From NCBI RefSeq assembly GCF_009914755.1, contig NC_060941.1: 64,000 bases of DNA; one strand, given 5' to 3'. How positions within the stretch are numbered: position 1 is the first letter of the stretch; every line of letters begins with the position of its first letter. The translations under genes and the position numbers were made by a program. This DNA is from the human T2T-CHM13v2.0 reference genome, Homo sapiens. The notes below the pieces were generated by a model, which was not told the origin of the DNA, ran no database searches, and saw only the letters and a program-made list of their open reading frames with translations. Shown one piece after another: positions 47,685 to 60,790 of this stretch.

Positions 47685-48166
47685 GTGAGCAGCAGATCCA
47701 GGCTTGGAGGGGCAGGGCTGGCCATCGGGAGCCTTTAGTTTATTGCTTCTGAAATTCTAAACAAATGCCGCACCCCCTAAGAAATGCAAAAAAAGTGAAT
47801 AACAACTTATGTTTCTGTATTTCTGATTTTCCAAGTTTTCTACAGCGAATGTATTTATTACTTTATACAATGGAGAAAAATTAGTTTTAGAAAGAGGTTA
47901 GCTTCTATTTGGGCTAACACCTTCAATTCAGGTTGCATCTAGCATCGTTGAAGGACTTCAGAGGCCTGAGGTTTTTAGTTGTATTTCTAGAATCATCGGG
48001 GCTCTGGCCGTTTCTGTAAGCCAAGACTCAGGGCTCCGTCTAAGGGAGCTGGTTTCACTGTGCATCTGCCTCGTGAAGATGGCTGACCAGACCCCAGGGA
48101 CACCCCTGGACATAGTGAGCCCCTCTCTGGGAACTCTCCTCCCCTGATCGGGTCTCCCTGCTCCAG

Positions 48167-48304
48167 GAGCGGCAGCGCATGTCTGACCGTCTGGAGGACA
48201 CCAGCCTGCGGCTCAAAGATGAGATGGACCTGTACAAGCGCATGATGGACAAGCTGCGACAGAACCGCCTTGAGTTCCAGAAGGAGCGGGAGGCGACGCA
48301 GGAG
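48167..48304 (+). CDS. RAB11FIP4: Exon 12 (ERQRMSDRLEDTSLRLKDEMDLYK...EREATQE), 138 nt
   Basis: ctccag acceptor, GAG|GTAGGT donor. Confidence 0.96.
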
Positions 48305-48380
48305 GTAGGTCCCAGGCCAGCAGGCACCAGGGCTCCTTCCAGCATCCCTGCTCCTGCCAACCTGCTTCTCTCCCTCGCAG

Positions 48381-48539
48381 CTCATCGAGGACTTGCGGAA
48401 GGAGCTGGAGCACCTGCAGATGTACAAGCTGGACTGCGAGCGGCCAGGCAGGGGCCGCAGTGCCTCCTCTGGCCTAGGCGAGTTCAATGCCAGGGCCCGC
48501 GAGGTGGAGCTCGAGCACGAGGTCAAGCGGCTCAAGCAG
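48381..48539 (+). CDS. RAB11FIP4: Exon 13 (LIEDLRKELEHLQMYK...EHEVKRLKQ), 159 nt
   Basis: ctcgcag acceptor after a 76-nt intron, CAG|GTGGGT donor. Confidence 0.96.
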
Positions 48540-48854
48540 GTGGGTCTAGCAGTCTCTGTGTCCAGTGGGGCAGGGTGGCCGGGCCCACCACGTGGGTTTC
48601 CTGTGCAGGATCTGTGGTAGGGGAGCCCAGAGCTGTAGCAGCACTGCCTGTCTGCTTCTCAGCAACCTGTTTGCCAGGGCTGACTGCCCCATTTCACAGC
48701 TCAGGAAAATCGATCCAAAGATCTCTCCCTTACGTCTATGTAAGGAAATAGACCCTGCCTTGGTGCTCAGGGTGGAGGATGAGACCATACCCAGCTGCAG
48801 TATAGTGCCTGGAGGCATTGGGTTCTCCCAGAAGTAGACCCTCACCCAAGGTTC

Positions 48855-49330
48855 CTTTTTTTTTTTTTTTTTTCCCAAGAGACAGGGTCTTGCTCTGATA
48901 CCCAGGCTGGAGTGCTTTGGCATTCCATAGCTCACTGCAGCCTTGAATTCCTGGGCTCAGGTGATCCTTCTGCCTCAGTCTCCCTAGTAACTAGGACTAC
49001 AGGCACACACCACCATGCCCAGCTAATGTTGTTTTTGTTTTTTGAGGCAGGGTCTCACTGTGTTGCCCAGGGTGGAGGGCAGTGGTGTGATCACAGTCAC
49101 TATGGCCTCAAATTCCTGGGCTCAAGCAATTCTCCTACCTCAGCCTCTCGAGCAGTTAGGACTACAGGAGAGCACCACCACACCTGGCTAATTTACTTAT
49201 TTATGTATTTATTTCCAGAGATGGGGTCTCCCTATATTGCCCAGGCTTGAACTCCTGGGCTCAAGGGATCCTCCCACCCTTAGTCTTTGAAAGTGTTGGG
49301 ATTACAGGAATGAGCCACTGTGCCTAGCCA
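48855..49330 (-). mobile_element. AluJ composite (two right arms + left arm)
   Basis: Alu consensus. Confidence 0.85.
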
Positions 49331-50087
49331 GAAGATTACATTTCAAGGAGCGCTGCCTTAGCTAGAGACCTTTGGGTGGGGGAGTGGATCAGGAGGAGGC
49401 AGTGGCCAGGTGGTGCTGGGTGAAGTGTCAGCTCTGCCTGACCCTGCAGGTGGAAGAGCCTGCAGCATAAATTATCCTTCTGAGTTTGTTCCACTGGGGA
49501 CAAAGGTGCTGGTGGCTGTGCTCTCACAGAAATCCTAAAACCCCAACCCTTCTCCTAGTCTAGGGGTGGGGTGCCCAGGGTCCCAGGTGTGAGCATTAGG
49601 GCTCTTTAGGCAAAAGCTGGAGTGTGAGACCGGTGCATGGGATCTGGGCGGGTCCGCCTGGGTCAACTCCAACCAAGCAGGATTCGGAACGTGGCTGCTG
49701 GGGGAGCCAAGGAAATGAGCTGGCCAGCCTGCCCAGAGAGCCCAGAGCATCACTTCCTTCACTGGGCTGCTGGGTGGGTGATGTCCCTATGCAGGGCCTA
49801 GGGAGGAAGGGATGGCCAGGAGCCTTGGCTGCGCTGAGCAGGGCTGTAACTCCTCCACAAACCCTGTGCACTCCCAGGATGCCAGTCCCCTGGACCAGGA
49901 CCCAGCCCTCCTTGCCCCCAGCGCTTGGCAAAGGCTGCAACATCTATGGCCCCTTGAACCAGCCGTGACACACACCTGTGGGAATGGCGCTGGCGGCAGG
50001 TCGGGGACGGTGGATGTGGAGAAGTGGGTTCCAGTGGGCTGTGGATGCCTCTTGGGGTTGATGTCGCCTTCGTCCTTCTCTCTGTAG

Positions 50088-50231
50088 GAGAATTATAAGC
50101 TGCGGGATCAGAACGACGACTTGAATGGGCAGATTTTGAGCCTCAGCCTCTACGAAGCAAAAAACCTCTTTGCTGCCCAGACTAAAGCCCAGTCTCTGGC
50201 TGCAGAGATAGACACCGCCTCGCGCGATGAG
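50088..50231 (+). CDS. RAB11FIP4: Exon 14 (ENYKLRDQNDDLNGQILSLSLYEAKNLFAAQTKAQSLAAEIDTASRDE), 144 nt
   Basis: ctgtag acceptor, GAG|GTAACC donor; start of the FIP Rab11-binding domain. Confidence 0.96.
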
Positions 50232-51377
50232 GTAACCACACCACCGGCTCTTGCTTTGGGGCCTGGCCGCCCTCTGTGATTCCTTCTCCCGGCCCCCACC
50301 TGCCCAGAGTGAGAAAACCAGACCAGGGCCTGGCAGAGAGTCCCATCTACAGCTACCCCACATGACAGGGCAAGGCTGTGAGCAGGGGAGGGGGCTGCTG
50401 GAGAAGTTAAGTCAGCTCTGAGTTCCGCCTGTGCTGGAAGGAGTGCGGGTTTGGTTCAGAGTGGAGTGTGAGTCTTAGGTCGGCCAGAAAAATGCCAACA
50501 TAGCCAGCTGAGTGGATCAAGCTGTGACTCTGGGTTAGGCTATCACTCCCCCTCTTCCCAGTCCAGAGAGGGAGGACATTAGCATTTCCCCAGCACCTGC
50601 TTCTGCGGTGTGTTTTCACTTAATCTCCTGATGACTCTGAGGCTTTAGGAACAGCTCCACATTCCAAGCTGGGAAGGTGGAACCCAGGACCACCCAGCTA
50701 GGGAGGGAGAGGGACCCAGCTCTCTCCAAAGCCAAAGCCTACCCTTCCTGCCACACCAGAGTATGCTTATGAAAGATCAGGCCTCCAAAATGCCCCGGCT
50801 GCATTGTAACATGAATTGTAAGACACTCTGTCACTGAGCCTCACCCTCTGCCTGGGACACGGGGTGAAGAGCTGACCTCTGTCCTCAAGGAGCTCCCAGG
50901 TGAGCTGGGCCCCAACCCCTGGGCAGAGGCAGCATGTCAGCAATGTCCGAAAGAACACTGCCCTGGAGAAGAGCAGTGTGGGGCTGGGGGTGGGGAGAGG
51001 TGTTCCAGGCAGGAGACAGCTCCCCTTTGGAGTCTTAGCGGCCCTGGGACTTTGTCAGTCTTGATTTTAAATGACTTTGGCTAGTGTTTTCTACTTTTGC
51101 AAAAAATTACCCACACCTGGGCCCCCTCTACAAACTGATCACATTGGAATCTCTGGGGGTGGGGCCTGGGCACCTGCATAGGTAATACTAGGGGCTGAGC
51201 CACTTCGACTCTGGTCCTGGCATCCAAATGCTGAGGCTGTCCTGGGGCCCACCTTGCCCAGGATCTCCTGATGCCCTCTATTGTCAGGCACTGGCCTGCG
51301 ACAAGCCTGGGAGTCTGGACTCTGCCTGCACCCTATCCCAGGCCCAGCCACTGACCCGTCTTTCCCATTTCCTTCAG

Positions 51378-51494
51378 CTAATGGAAGCCCTGAAGGAGCA
51401 GGAGGAGATCAACTTCCGGCTGAGGCAGTACATGGACAAGATTATCCTCGCCATCCTGGACCACAATCCCTCCATCCTCGAGATCAAACACTAA
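51378..51494 (+). CDS. RAB11FIP4: Exon 15 coding part (LMEALKEQEEINFRLRQYMDKIILAILDHNPSILEIKH*), FIP Rab11-binding domain
   Basis: ttcag acceptor; FIP-RBD signature YMDKII...NPSILE; TAA at 51492-51494. Confidence 0.97.
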   Translation, partial: LMEALKEQEEINFRLRQYMDKIILAILDHNPSILEIKH

Positions 51495-54041
51495 GGCACG
51501 GGGCTGGCTGCAGAGCAGCCTTAGGACCCTGGGACCAAGGGCAGACCCTGCCCAAGGATGCAGGCCTAAGCCGGGCCTCACACTCACACTGTAAATGTCT
51601 CTCTGGCCACCATGCGTTACGTGTACCCGTGTATATGTGGGGAGGCTGTGCACACGAGCGAGGGGTGAGTGGCCGTGGCTGTGGGCAGCATCCACACGGT
51701 TAGCCGTGCATGCACTTTGTGGCCCCTTTGCAAGGGGCAGAGGGTACTGGAAGTGGGAGGAGGCAAGGTCTGCTATCAGGAGTTACTGTAAAAACAAGAA
51801 CTGGAAGCTCGTGTTTCCGGTACTGGGTAAAATGATTCTACCTCTGGGGATAAGGATTCACATTCGCTCTAGTACGATGGGCTCTTTCACCCCACTCCTA
51901 GTCCCCTTGGGAGTGGGAGCAAAATTGTGATCTTTCCTAGGAGTTTGAATGCCCCATATTTGTGTCCTCGCCAGCTCTTTGGCCACCTTTCAAGCCCCAG
52001 TGTTCAAGCTCAGAGAGGATGAAGGGGCATCTGGAGGGTCCATGAGATGGGGCCCTCACCAAATGCCTTGGCCACCGGCCAGCAGCCCTCTGTGATGTGT
52101 GTGCAGAGTGAACAGAGGACTCAGGTTTCATAGCAGCTAGTGCGGGGCATCCTCATCCTGTACCTATAGAGTTCGTGCACTCCCCCATCCATGCTACCTA
52201 CCTCCCCGTTTCTGTTTCAGTTTTAAGACAATGAAGCAGCATTCACTGCGTCATTGTAACATGAAGGGATAAAAATGAAGGAGAAGGAGGGTTTGGGATG
52301 GGTGTCTAAGGCAGGAGTTGACATCGGGCAACCAAAGAAATGAGTTTTGGGGAGGAACACAACTCCCATCCCAGTCAGTTTCCTTCCCATGGCTGCATCT
52401 TAAGATGGATGCACGGAGAAACCGTCTGCCTGGCTCCCTGTCTTCATTCTCCACGCAGCCTGGTGATGGCAGGCCTGGGTTTGGATTTCAGAATCCTAGC
52501 TCCGGGCTCCACTCGTGTGGCAGCAAGACTGCTTCGTTCCAGCGTTTAGAAACACACCTGTATTTGATTCTCAGCCAGGGGAGCACTCGCTGCACTGGTG
52601 GGAGGCGGTTGGGAAAGTTGCAGGAAAACCTTAGTCTTCCATCCTTCTGACCCATGGTGGAAATTCACACCATGGATTTTTAATGGATCTTTGTTCTAGG
52701 CAGCTGGGAATAGACATGGTACTTACCTTAGAGTTTTCCAATTTATCTCAATTTTATATGGCTTGTGATTCATTTTCTTAATCCAAATATATATAAACGT
52801 GTGTGGTCTTATTCTTCCCCCTGCAGTTTCTTGCTTTCTTCAGCACATCTTATAGTATGAGAAGGAAGGTTTGGGCATGTTGGGAAGGGCGGTGGAGGGC
52901 GAGTTGCAGAAAGAGAGGGCAGTGAGGGTGAGGAGAGGGGATCTGGGGACTTGGGTGTGACACCTGCTTGACAGAGGCAGGGCTGTGGCCAGGACCAACC
53001 TTCAATTCCATTCCAATCAGCCTTTGCATTTGTTGGATCTCGTGGCTTCTTTTTAATCTTTTGTTGGGGATTAGTTTCATGCTGCACATAATGGGGTTGC
53101 ACTGGTCTGACCCAGGACTTTGGAGCCACCCACACTGGGAAGACTAGGCTAGGCAGTCGGTCTTCTAGGAGTTTCTCAGCCCCTTAGGACGCGGGTCTCC
53201 TTGGGCTCCCCCAAGGGTTCTGCGAAGAGGCAGTGGAAGAAGGCATGAGGAGAGGGTCTCTTGAGAATTTGCCAATAGGAAGGAGTGGCCACGGCTGAAA
53301 GGAACAAGACAGATCCTGACATAGCTTTGGCCTGGGTGTTAGGTCAGAAGGAGTACTGGTGCATGGGGGCCTTACCCCAGGGTTGAGTATTTTATATGTA
53401 AAATGTTATCTGCCCTTTGGCTGCATTGGAATTTCAGAGAAGGCTGCAGAGGCCTGGGTTACACAGCCTGAGTCACAACGTGGGAAGGAATCTCTGCCAC
53501 GGGAAAGGTGGGCGGAAGCAGCTGGCAGCCTGGGGCGTGCTTCAGGCTCCTCCCTCTAAGGGGCGCCATGGGAACAGGCTCCGGAGGGAGCCGGCGTCTG
53601 AAAGGCCCCCGGGACCTGCTGCAGTGCCAGAGGGGCCTCTGGAGCAGGCCTGGCTTTTAAATGGGGGGCTGAATTCCAGCTCACACACACCTCAAGTCCA
53701 ACCTTACTTTCTTCAGCCAGAATACATTTCTTGTAAAACCTGGCTTGTTGCTTGGCTTTTAAAGATGGTGTATGTTTGTAAAAATATTCTTCTGGGCTCA
53801 AAAGCTAGCTTGAGGGGGCAGATGCCCCAGGTGTCCCAGCTCCACAGCCCCTGGCAGATCCCAGACCCCTTGGTGGCAGGTCCCAGAGCCTAGGTGGTAG
53901 GAGCTTGATCTTTGTTTCTGCCCTTACCCCTCAGTAGTGGGGCTGCGAGGTAGTAGACAGGATGCCCAGTTAAGTTTGAATTTCAGATAGAAAATAATTT
54001 TAGAATAAATATGTTCTATCTAATACATGGGACAGATGTTA

Positions 54042-54334
<293 letters not shown>

Positions 54335-54644
54335 TGAAATGGGGAGATTTTAAAAATTCTGATGATTAGACTGAATCCTCAGACGTTCTGGTTTGATTGT
54401 TGTGGGTGTAGCCCAGGCATGGGATTTTTTAAAGAGCTGCTCAGGTAATTCCAATTTAATTGCGTGTCCTACTTGGGTTTTTTGTTTGTTTTTATTGTTT
54501 TTGCTAAACCTGGCAACCCTACCGAGTAGGGATTAGCAGTAACTTATCTGAAATTTAGAGGTGTTTTGGGGGTGGGGCGAGGGTTTCTGTAGTAGACTCA
54601 GATTTTACATGGCCCTGAGCTGCCCTTGCGTTCAGTTGGAAGCC

Positions 54645-54733
54645 ACGCAAAATGAACTGAACCAGGAGTGAGCTTCGTGTACATTATCTATTAGAAAATG
54701 AAGTACCTTCTGGTTCAGCTAGTCCCTGTGCGT
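54645..54733 (+). ncRNA. MIR4724: miRNA precursor hairpin (5p ~54655-54677 AACUGAACCAGGAGUGAGCUUCG; 3p ~54703-54723 GUACCUUCUGGUUCAGCUAGU)
   Basis: Stem visible: CTGAACCAG 54657-54665 / CTGGTTCAG 54710-54718, basal ACGCA/TGCGT. Sequence recognised as hsa-mir-4724. Confidence 0.85.
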
Positions 54734-54899
54734 TGAGAGGCTTTAAGAAACTTCTAGTAAAAATGTTTTTTTCTTTTAGCTTTGAATTGGCCAGAGTTTA
54801 TCCTAGATTATTTTATTTTAAATTGGTAGAATTCTTTGCGAACTGTCACAGAGAAATTCCTTTTCATGACTTTATTTCTGACCTATTAAAACATGAACA

Positions 54900-55043
54900 G
54901 GCCAGGCATGGTGGCTCACGCCTGTAATCCTAGCACTTGGGAGGCAGTGGCAGGCGGATCACTTGAGCTCAGGAGTCCTAAACCAGCCTGGGCAACATAG
55001 TGATACCTTGTCTCTACCAAAAGTTAAAAAAAAAAAAAAAAAA
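54900..55043 (+). mobile_element. Alu left monomer (FLAM-like) in the 3'UTR
   Basis: Alu left arm + A tail. Confidence 0.88.
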
Positions 55044-55071
55044 GCTCAAGAACCTGCACGAGGGCCTAAAA

Positions 55072-55248
55072 CAGTGGGCTCAGCTTTGGCTGTGCATTGG
55101 AATCACCTGGGGAGATTTGTAAGCTTCTGCTGTCTGGGCTGAACCCCCAGAGGTTCGGATTGAATTGGTGTGGGGTGTGGTCCAGGCATCGAGATGTGTA
55201 AAGACCTCCCCAGGTGATGATATGCAGTCCGAGGTTGAGACTGCCCTG
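55072..55248. mobile_element. MER5-type MITE in the 3'UTR
   Basis: ggctgtgcattggaatcacctggggag...ctccccaggtgatga...gttgagac. Confidence 0.7.
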
Positions 55249-55959
55249 TCCTGCAAGGTCGTTGGCCAGAGGTAGAGGAAACTGGTCAAAGTGGCTGTTG
55301 GGCTTGTCAAGCCCGTGGCTGAATGACAGTGAGCTCTCTTGCTGGGAGGGTTCCTTTTCCTGTTGTTGAATGGTCCTGGCCTGCAGGATGGGAGGCCAGA
55401 TGCCTTCAGGAGCTGGTGGATCCAGCTGTTCTCACCAGCCTGGAGGTTAGCAGACCAGAGTGGGTGGGCAGGACCTTGGCCTGGTGCCCCTGGAATCAGT
55501 GGGTGGCATGTGTTGGGATATACTGGCTACAGGCTCATCTCAAAGAGCAGGTAGAACAGAGTCAGCAGGGAACTGACAGGTGGGGCTGTCCCCCTGAAAG
55601 CAGCCACAGAAACAGCTGCCACCTATTTGCATAGCTGAGCAGGAGGACATACTGTCTTTGTGGGTTTTGCTTCTGGTCTGTTTCCTGACTGGGTTGATAA
55701 AGGGAGTCCCAGCTCGTTCCCTGTTAGCCAAACCAGCATCCTGCTCACACACCGGACACTCCAGGTGCTAGTCCACTGGTGCTGGTGTTCAGGGGAGTTG
55801 GGGGGGGGGTGCGGGGACAGAAGCGCGGGTTCTTGGTTCCAATGAGGGACTTAGCAGAAGCCTCCAGGGGCCAGCAGGGCCAGGTGAAACTGGGAGAAAT
55901 GAAGCCCTCTGTGTCCTGTGTGTGTGGTGGGGTTTAATGCATTAGCAAATTTAAACTTA

Positions 55960-56110
<151 letters not shown>

Positions 56111-57927
56111 ACTAACTTTCGATGTGATCATACCAGGAAAGTTTTGCGTGGTCACCATGCCAAGAAAATGACTTTGGTTGCCCAGCAGATCCACAGCGAC
56201 TCTTTCTCAAGGGCTACTGTGGATTCTAGATTGAGGAAAGGGGCCACTTAGGACTCAGTGCTGGTATCCTCCACAGTCCTTTCTCCCAGACTCTGGCCCT
56301 CCCTTTGGGACCCAGGAAATCCCCTCTAGGGTGACGCTGCTGGCTAGGAAGACTGAGGTCTGCTGCGCCAAGGGGCCTCAAGTTAGAAGGGCCATGCCGT
56401 CAGTGGATGACTTTGAGCGCTGATCCTAGGGACCTGCCAGGTCCTCACTTCCTGCCCTGGGTGCACACATGAATGGGGCAGCCAGCAGGAAGCGGGAGAG
56501 GCTGGAACCAGGAGCCTGCCCTACCTGCATGGCAGGACAACTCTGAGGCCCTTCTGCCATATTCTCTGCTACCCACCAGAGAAAATAGGCTGCCTTCTAG
56601 AAAGATTTGTTTCTAAAAGTGTAGACCCTGGGGAAGTATAATGTCACCATGCTCACCAGGCGAGGTTTCCCATATGACCTCCCTGCCCCGACCTCTCAGG
56701 TTGCTCCTTTCCCCATCTGTAAGGTAGAGATGTCTGCCCCGGAGCTGCCAGCTGGGGATGGCATCCAGGCCATGTCTCCTGCAGGATCCAAGTGCTGTTG
56801 TCCCCAGGGTGACCCTGCCTCCTGCTGGGGCCCATCCGCTTTGCTGTGCTGCACAGGCTGTTTTCATCTGCATGGTTTGGGGTCTTTGTCCTTGTGCCTT
56901 TTCTTCCCCATCGCCACTGTACAGGATTTTCCACATTGCCCACTGCCTCCTTTTCTACATCGTCTCATCTCCCTGGCCTTTCCCGAGCCCTGTAAATGTG
57001 TACTTTTTCAACGTGCCTCCCCCAGGTGAGGCCAGCTCTCCCGGGCACATTCGTCCACAAGGATCAGGCCCCACTTACCCTTGGCTCGCTCAGCCTGTAG
57101 ACTTGGTAACTTTGTACAGAATCTTTCATTATTGTCTTAAGCATGGGGGGCTAGGACCCACTTAGTCCCTCCTCCAGCCTGCAGCTAATTTAGGAGCCTT
57201 GCATTCCAGAAAAGGGCAACTTTGTGTAAAGCAGCTTCTCCCACAGAGCTTTCCCTGCATTGTTAGTGATGTCGGGCAAAGCATCACTCTTTAACCTGGG
57301 GCATTGGCCCCAGCAGGGATATCATGGGACCGCAGCCGCTCCGTGCACTGTCTCTGCCCCCAGAGGAAGCCCTGTCCATGGTTCCTGGTGCACGGCCACA
57401 GGCCTGCCTTGAGGCCACCACATCTGGTGTCTAGAACAGCTGCGGGCCCCACTTGGGCAGAAGGAAGAGGTGCTAGCTGCTGCCCCTGCCTGCTGTGAAC
57501 ACCTGCCCAGCCCTTCCTTGTCTGCTGAGGTGCTCAGACCAGAGTGCCATTAAATACCAACTGATGTCACGGAGCGGACGGTGCATTGCCAAGGACTCAC
57601 AGCTGTGGGCTCCCTTCCAGCTCCTCCCACTTTCTTGGCTGGGTCTTCTGAGGCCTACGTGGAATGAACTACACATGTGGCCTCATGCCCAAGGGTTTGT
57701 TAGATGGCCTCTGACTCTGTGGGATTCAACTTGACTTTTTTGCCCCAGGAGGCTCTGTCTGGAAACAGGCTTAGCTTTAGTGCTGGGGTGGGACCTGCCC
57801 TGTGGGCCCCAGGGAGGGGACAGTGGGGGTGAGGCCCTGAGGCTGTCCAGGGTCTGAGCTCTTTGCCTCCAACCTGCTTCTGCCCCAAAAGGAACAGGCT
57901 GTTGGTGGCAGGCTCCTCCCAGGGAGC

Positions 57928-58010
57928 TGTACTGTACAGACCAAGGTGTAAATAAACAGTTTGCTCTTCTCGCCTGACTGAACCATGAGTTTCTGTGGTT
58001 GGGGGAGGGT
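57928..58010 (+). terminator. RAB11FIP4: Distal polyadenylation site: AATAAA 57951-57956
   Basis: Three TGTA (CFIm) motifs at 57928, 57933 and 57947, then AATAAA, then a downstream GU/U- and G-rich stretch (tttctgtggttggggg). Confidence 0.8.
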
Positions 58011-58684
58011 GGGCAGAAGAGGCCTGGTTCCAGGGCTCACAGGGACAGATGGTCTCCCTTAAAAAGAGCAACCCCCCTGCCCCCCACCAAGTTTGTGGTT
58101 CCCAGGGTGGCTGGTGCTGTCCCCCAGGGGCAGGGTGGAGTGGGGCGGTGTCACTCTTCAGTCCCTAGGGGAGAAGACGTGGATCCCAGAAGCCTCTTTA
58201 ATGCCACCATTCCAGCCACAGGGCTATGATGTTTGGAAACTTTGTCCTTTGTGTGGCTATGTTCTTTCCCACTGAGGTCTTCCTAGGGGTCCAGTGGGGT
58301 CCCAGTGCCATGCTCCCTCCATGTCCGCCGCTGTGGCTCCCCAGGGTGACGGCCCAATGCCTCCATTCAGGACTGGCTTCAGACCTGCCAGTGCTTGTCT
58401 CTGCCACACCATCAAGTACCAAGGTGGTCCCCAGTTGAGTCAACCAGACCCCTGGATTTCTGCCTTCTGTCTGCTCCTTCCTCTATTACAGGATTCCAGG
58501 CATGGAAGTGGCTTCACAGGTGGCCCCGGCCCTCCACCTCCCAGTGCAGGCCCTGGTGCCATGAGTCCTCCAGGGAGGGCAGACAGTTCCTCACTCACTG
58601 GACTTAGCCTCCTGGCTCAGGAGACGTCACCTCCAAATCCTGGGAGTGCTGTGTCCTCTTGGATCTTTATTGCCTCTTTCCTCT

Positions 58685-59029
<345 letters not shown>

Positions 59030-60467
59030 TAGGCTGCCAGATTTGGCTAGTAAGAATACAGGATGCCCAGTAAAACTTGAGTTTCAGATAAGTAGTCCAA
59101 CGAGCCTCATCTTTACTTGATTACAAATAGGGTCTTTACATTGCGAAGACCTTGTTTCCAAAGTAAGCTTGCATAGGTATCAGGGCTTAGGACTTCAACA
59201 TATCTTTTGGGAGGACACAATTCAACTCATAACACCTATTGAAGGAGGTCCTTGGAATTGCCTCAGTTTACCATCCTGGAGAGAGGTGGGAGCGAGCACT
59301 GCTGTGTGTACAGGCTGTACCCTCTCCTCTGCACAGGTGTGTTCCCCATTCACCCATTTTGCAGAACATTTCCTTACAGTCCTATTAAAAATGATGTCAT
59401 CCCTGTGCCCCCTTGAGGCCACAGCACCTGCTAAAGGTGTTTCATTGTTGGATTCCATTGACTCACCAGGCCCTCAGTTAGAGGGCCCTTTAGGGTCATC
59501 GGCTGGGCCCAGGCCAAAGCAGATGAATGGGTGGATAATATCTGAGCACAGAAATCACTCAACCCGCCAGCATCATCTACCGAGCACCACTGTGTGTGCC
59601 AGGCACTGGGAATTGGTACAGGCAAGGCCTCTGCCCCGTGAAGTCCCCACGCTCCTGGGGGAGGGGAGAGACATAATTCATTTCCAGGGTGATGAGCACT
59701 ACCAAGAGGAAGATATGGGGGGCTTCAGGAGCTGGGGGCAAGTGGATTGAGCCCACTCAGGCATCAGGTATGGCTTCTCTCAAGGAAGGAGCCTTTCAAC
59801 AGAGCTCTGTAGGATCTAAGGGAACTCAGACTGTAGGATCTAAGGGAACTGCCATGGGGAGGAGACTTGGAGAAACAGCCCTTTCAGGGTACTAGAGAGG
59901 GGGATAGTGGAGGGCTGCAGCCTAGCCAGGTGGTGTAGAGTCTAGGGGGCCAAGGGTGGATCTATCACATTCACTCACTAAGCAGATGCTTTACCAGCAC
60001 CTAACAGATGCGGGGTGCAGGGGAGGTGCTGGGCTCGTGGCACAGGGAGCCTCTAGAATGTACAAGAGAGGTTCTTAAAACCATCCCACCCCAGCAATTC
60101 TGATTCCATTGGTGGGGAGTGGGGCTTGGACACTGGGATGTTTTTTAAAGCTCCCAGGTGATTCCAAGGTGTAGCCAATGGTGAGAATCATGGGGTATAA
60201 AAAGGGCACTTAGACTCACCTGAGGAGGCTTCAACTGAGACTTGGAGGAGGAGAGGCTGGCCAGGTAAGGGAGATGGGAGGGCAGGGCGGAAGCAGGAGA
60301 GGGAACAGCAGGTGTGGAGGCCTTGCCATGGGGAGGAACTACGAACCAGCTAGCTCAATGGTAAGCGGGACTGTGGGGACTACGCCAAAGCATTTTAAGC
60401 TGGGGGTGGCCTGGTCAGGTCAGTTTCAGAGTTGGGTGGTGAGAGGTGAGGGCAGCCTGGACTGGGG

Positions 60468-60790
60468 TGTGTCTTAGCTGGGACTGACCTGACAGAACAC
60501 AACAGGCTGGGAGGCTTACACAGACACTTATTTTCTCGCAGTTCTTGGGGCTGGAGGTCCAATCTTGAGGTGCCAGTGGGGCTGAGTTCTGGTGAGGCCT
60601 CTCTCCTTGGCCTGCAGACAGCTGCCTTCTCACTGTGTGCTCACAAAGAGCTCATTCTCTACTGTCTCTTTGTTGTCTTAGAAGGACACCAGACCTGTTG
60701 GATTAGGGCTTCACCCATATGACCTCATTTAACCTTATTTACCTCCTCAAAAGCCTCATCTCCAAATACAGTCACACTGGGGTTAGGGTG
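60468..60790. mobile_element. MLT1-type MaLR LTR
   Basis: ttattttctcgcagttcttggggctggaggtccaa...aaggacaccagacctgttggattaggg...ctccaaatacagtcacactggggttaggg. Confidence 0.8.

Noticed and set aside
47993-48535. Antisense 180-aa ORF over exons 12-13
   Set aside because: Shadow of codon bias in the sense coiled-coil exons.
48164-50090. NAGNAG-like acceptors CAGGAG (exon 12) and TAGGAG (exon 14)
   Set aside because: A distal GAG is rarely used, and nothing in the sequence suggests alternative use.
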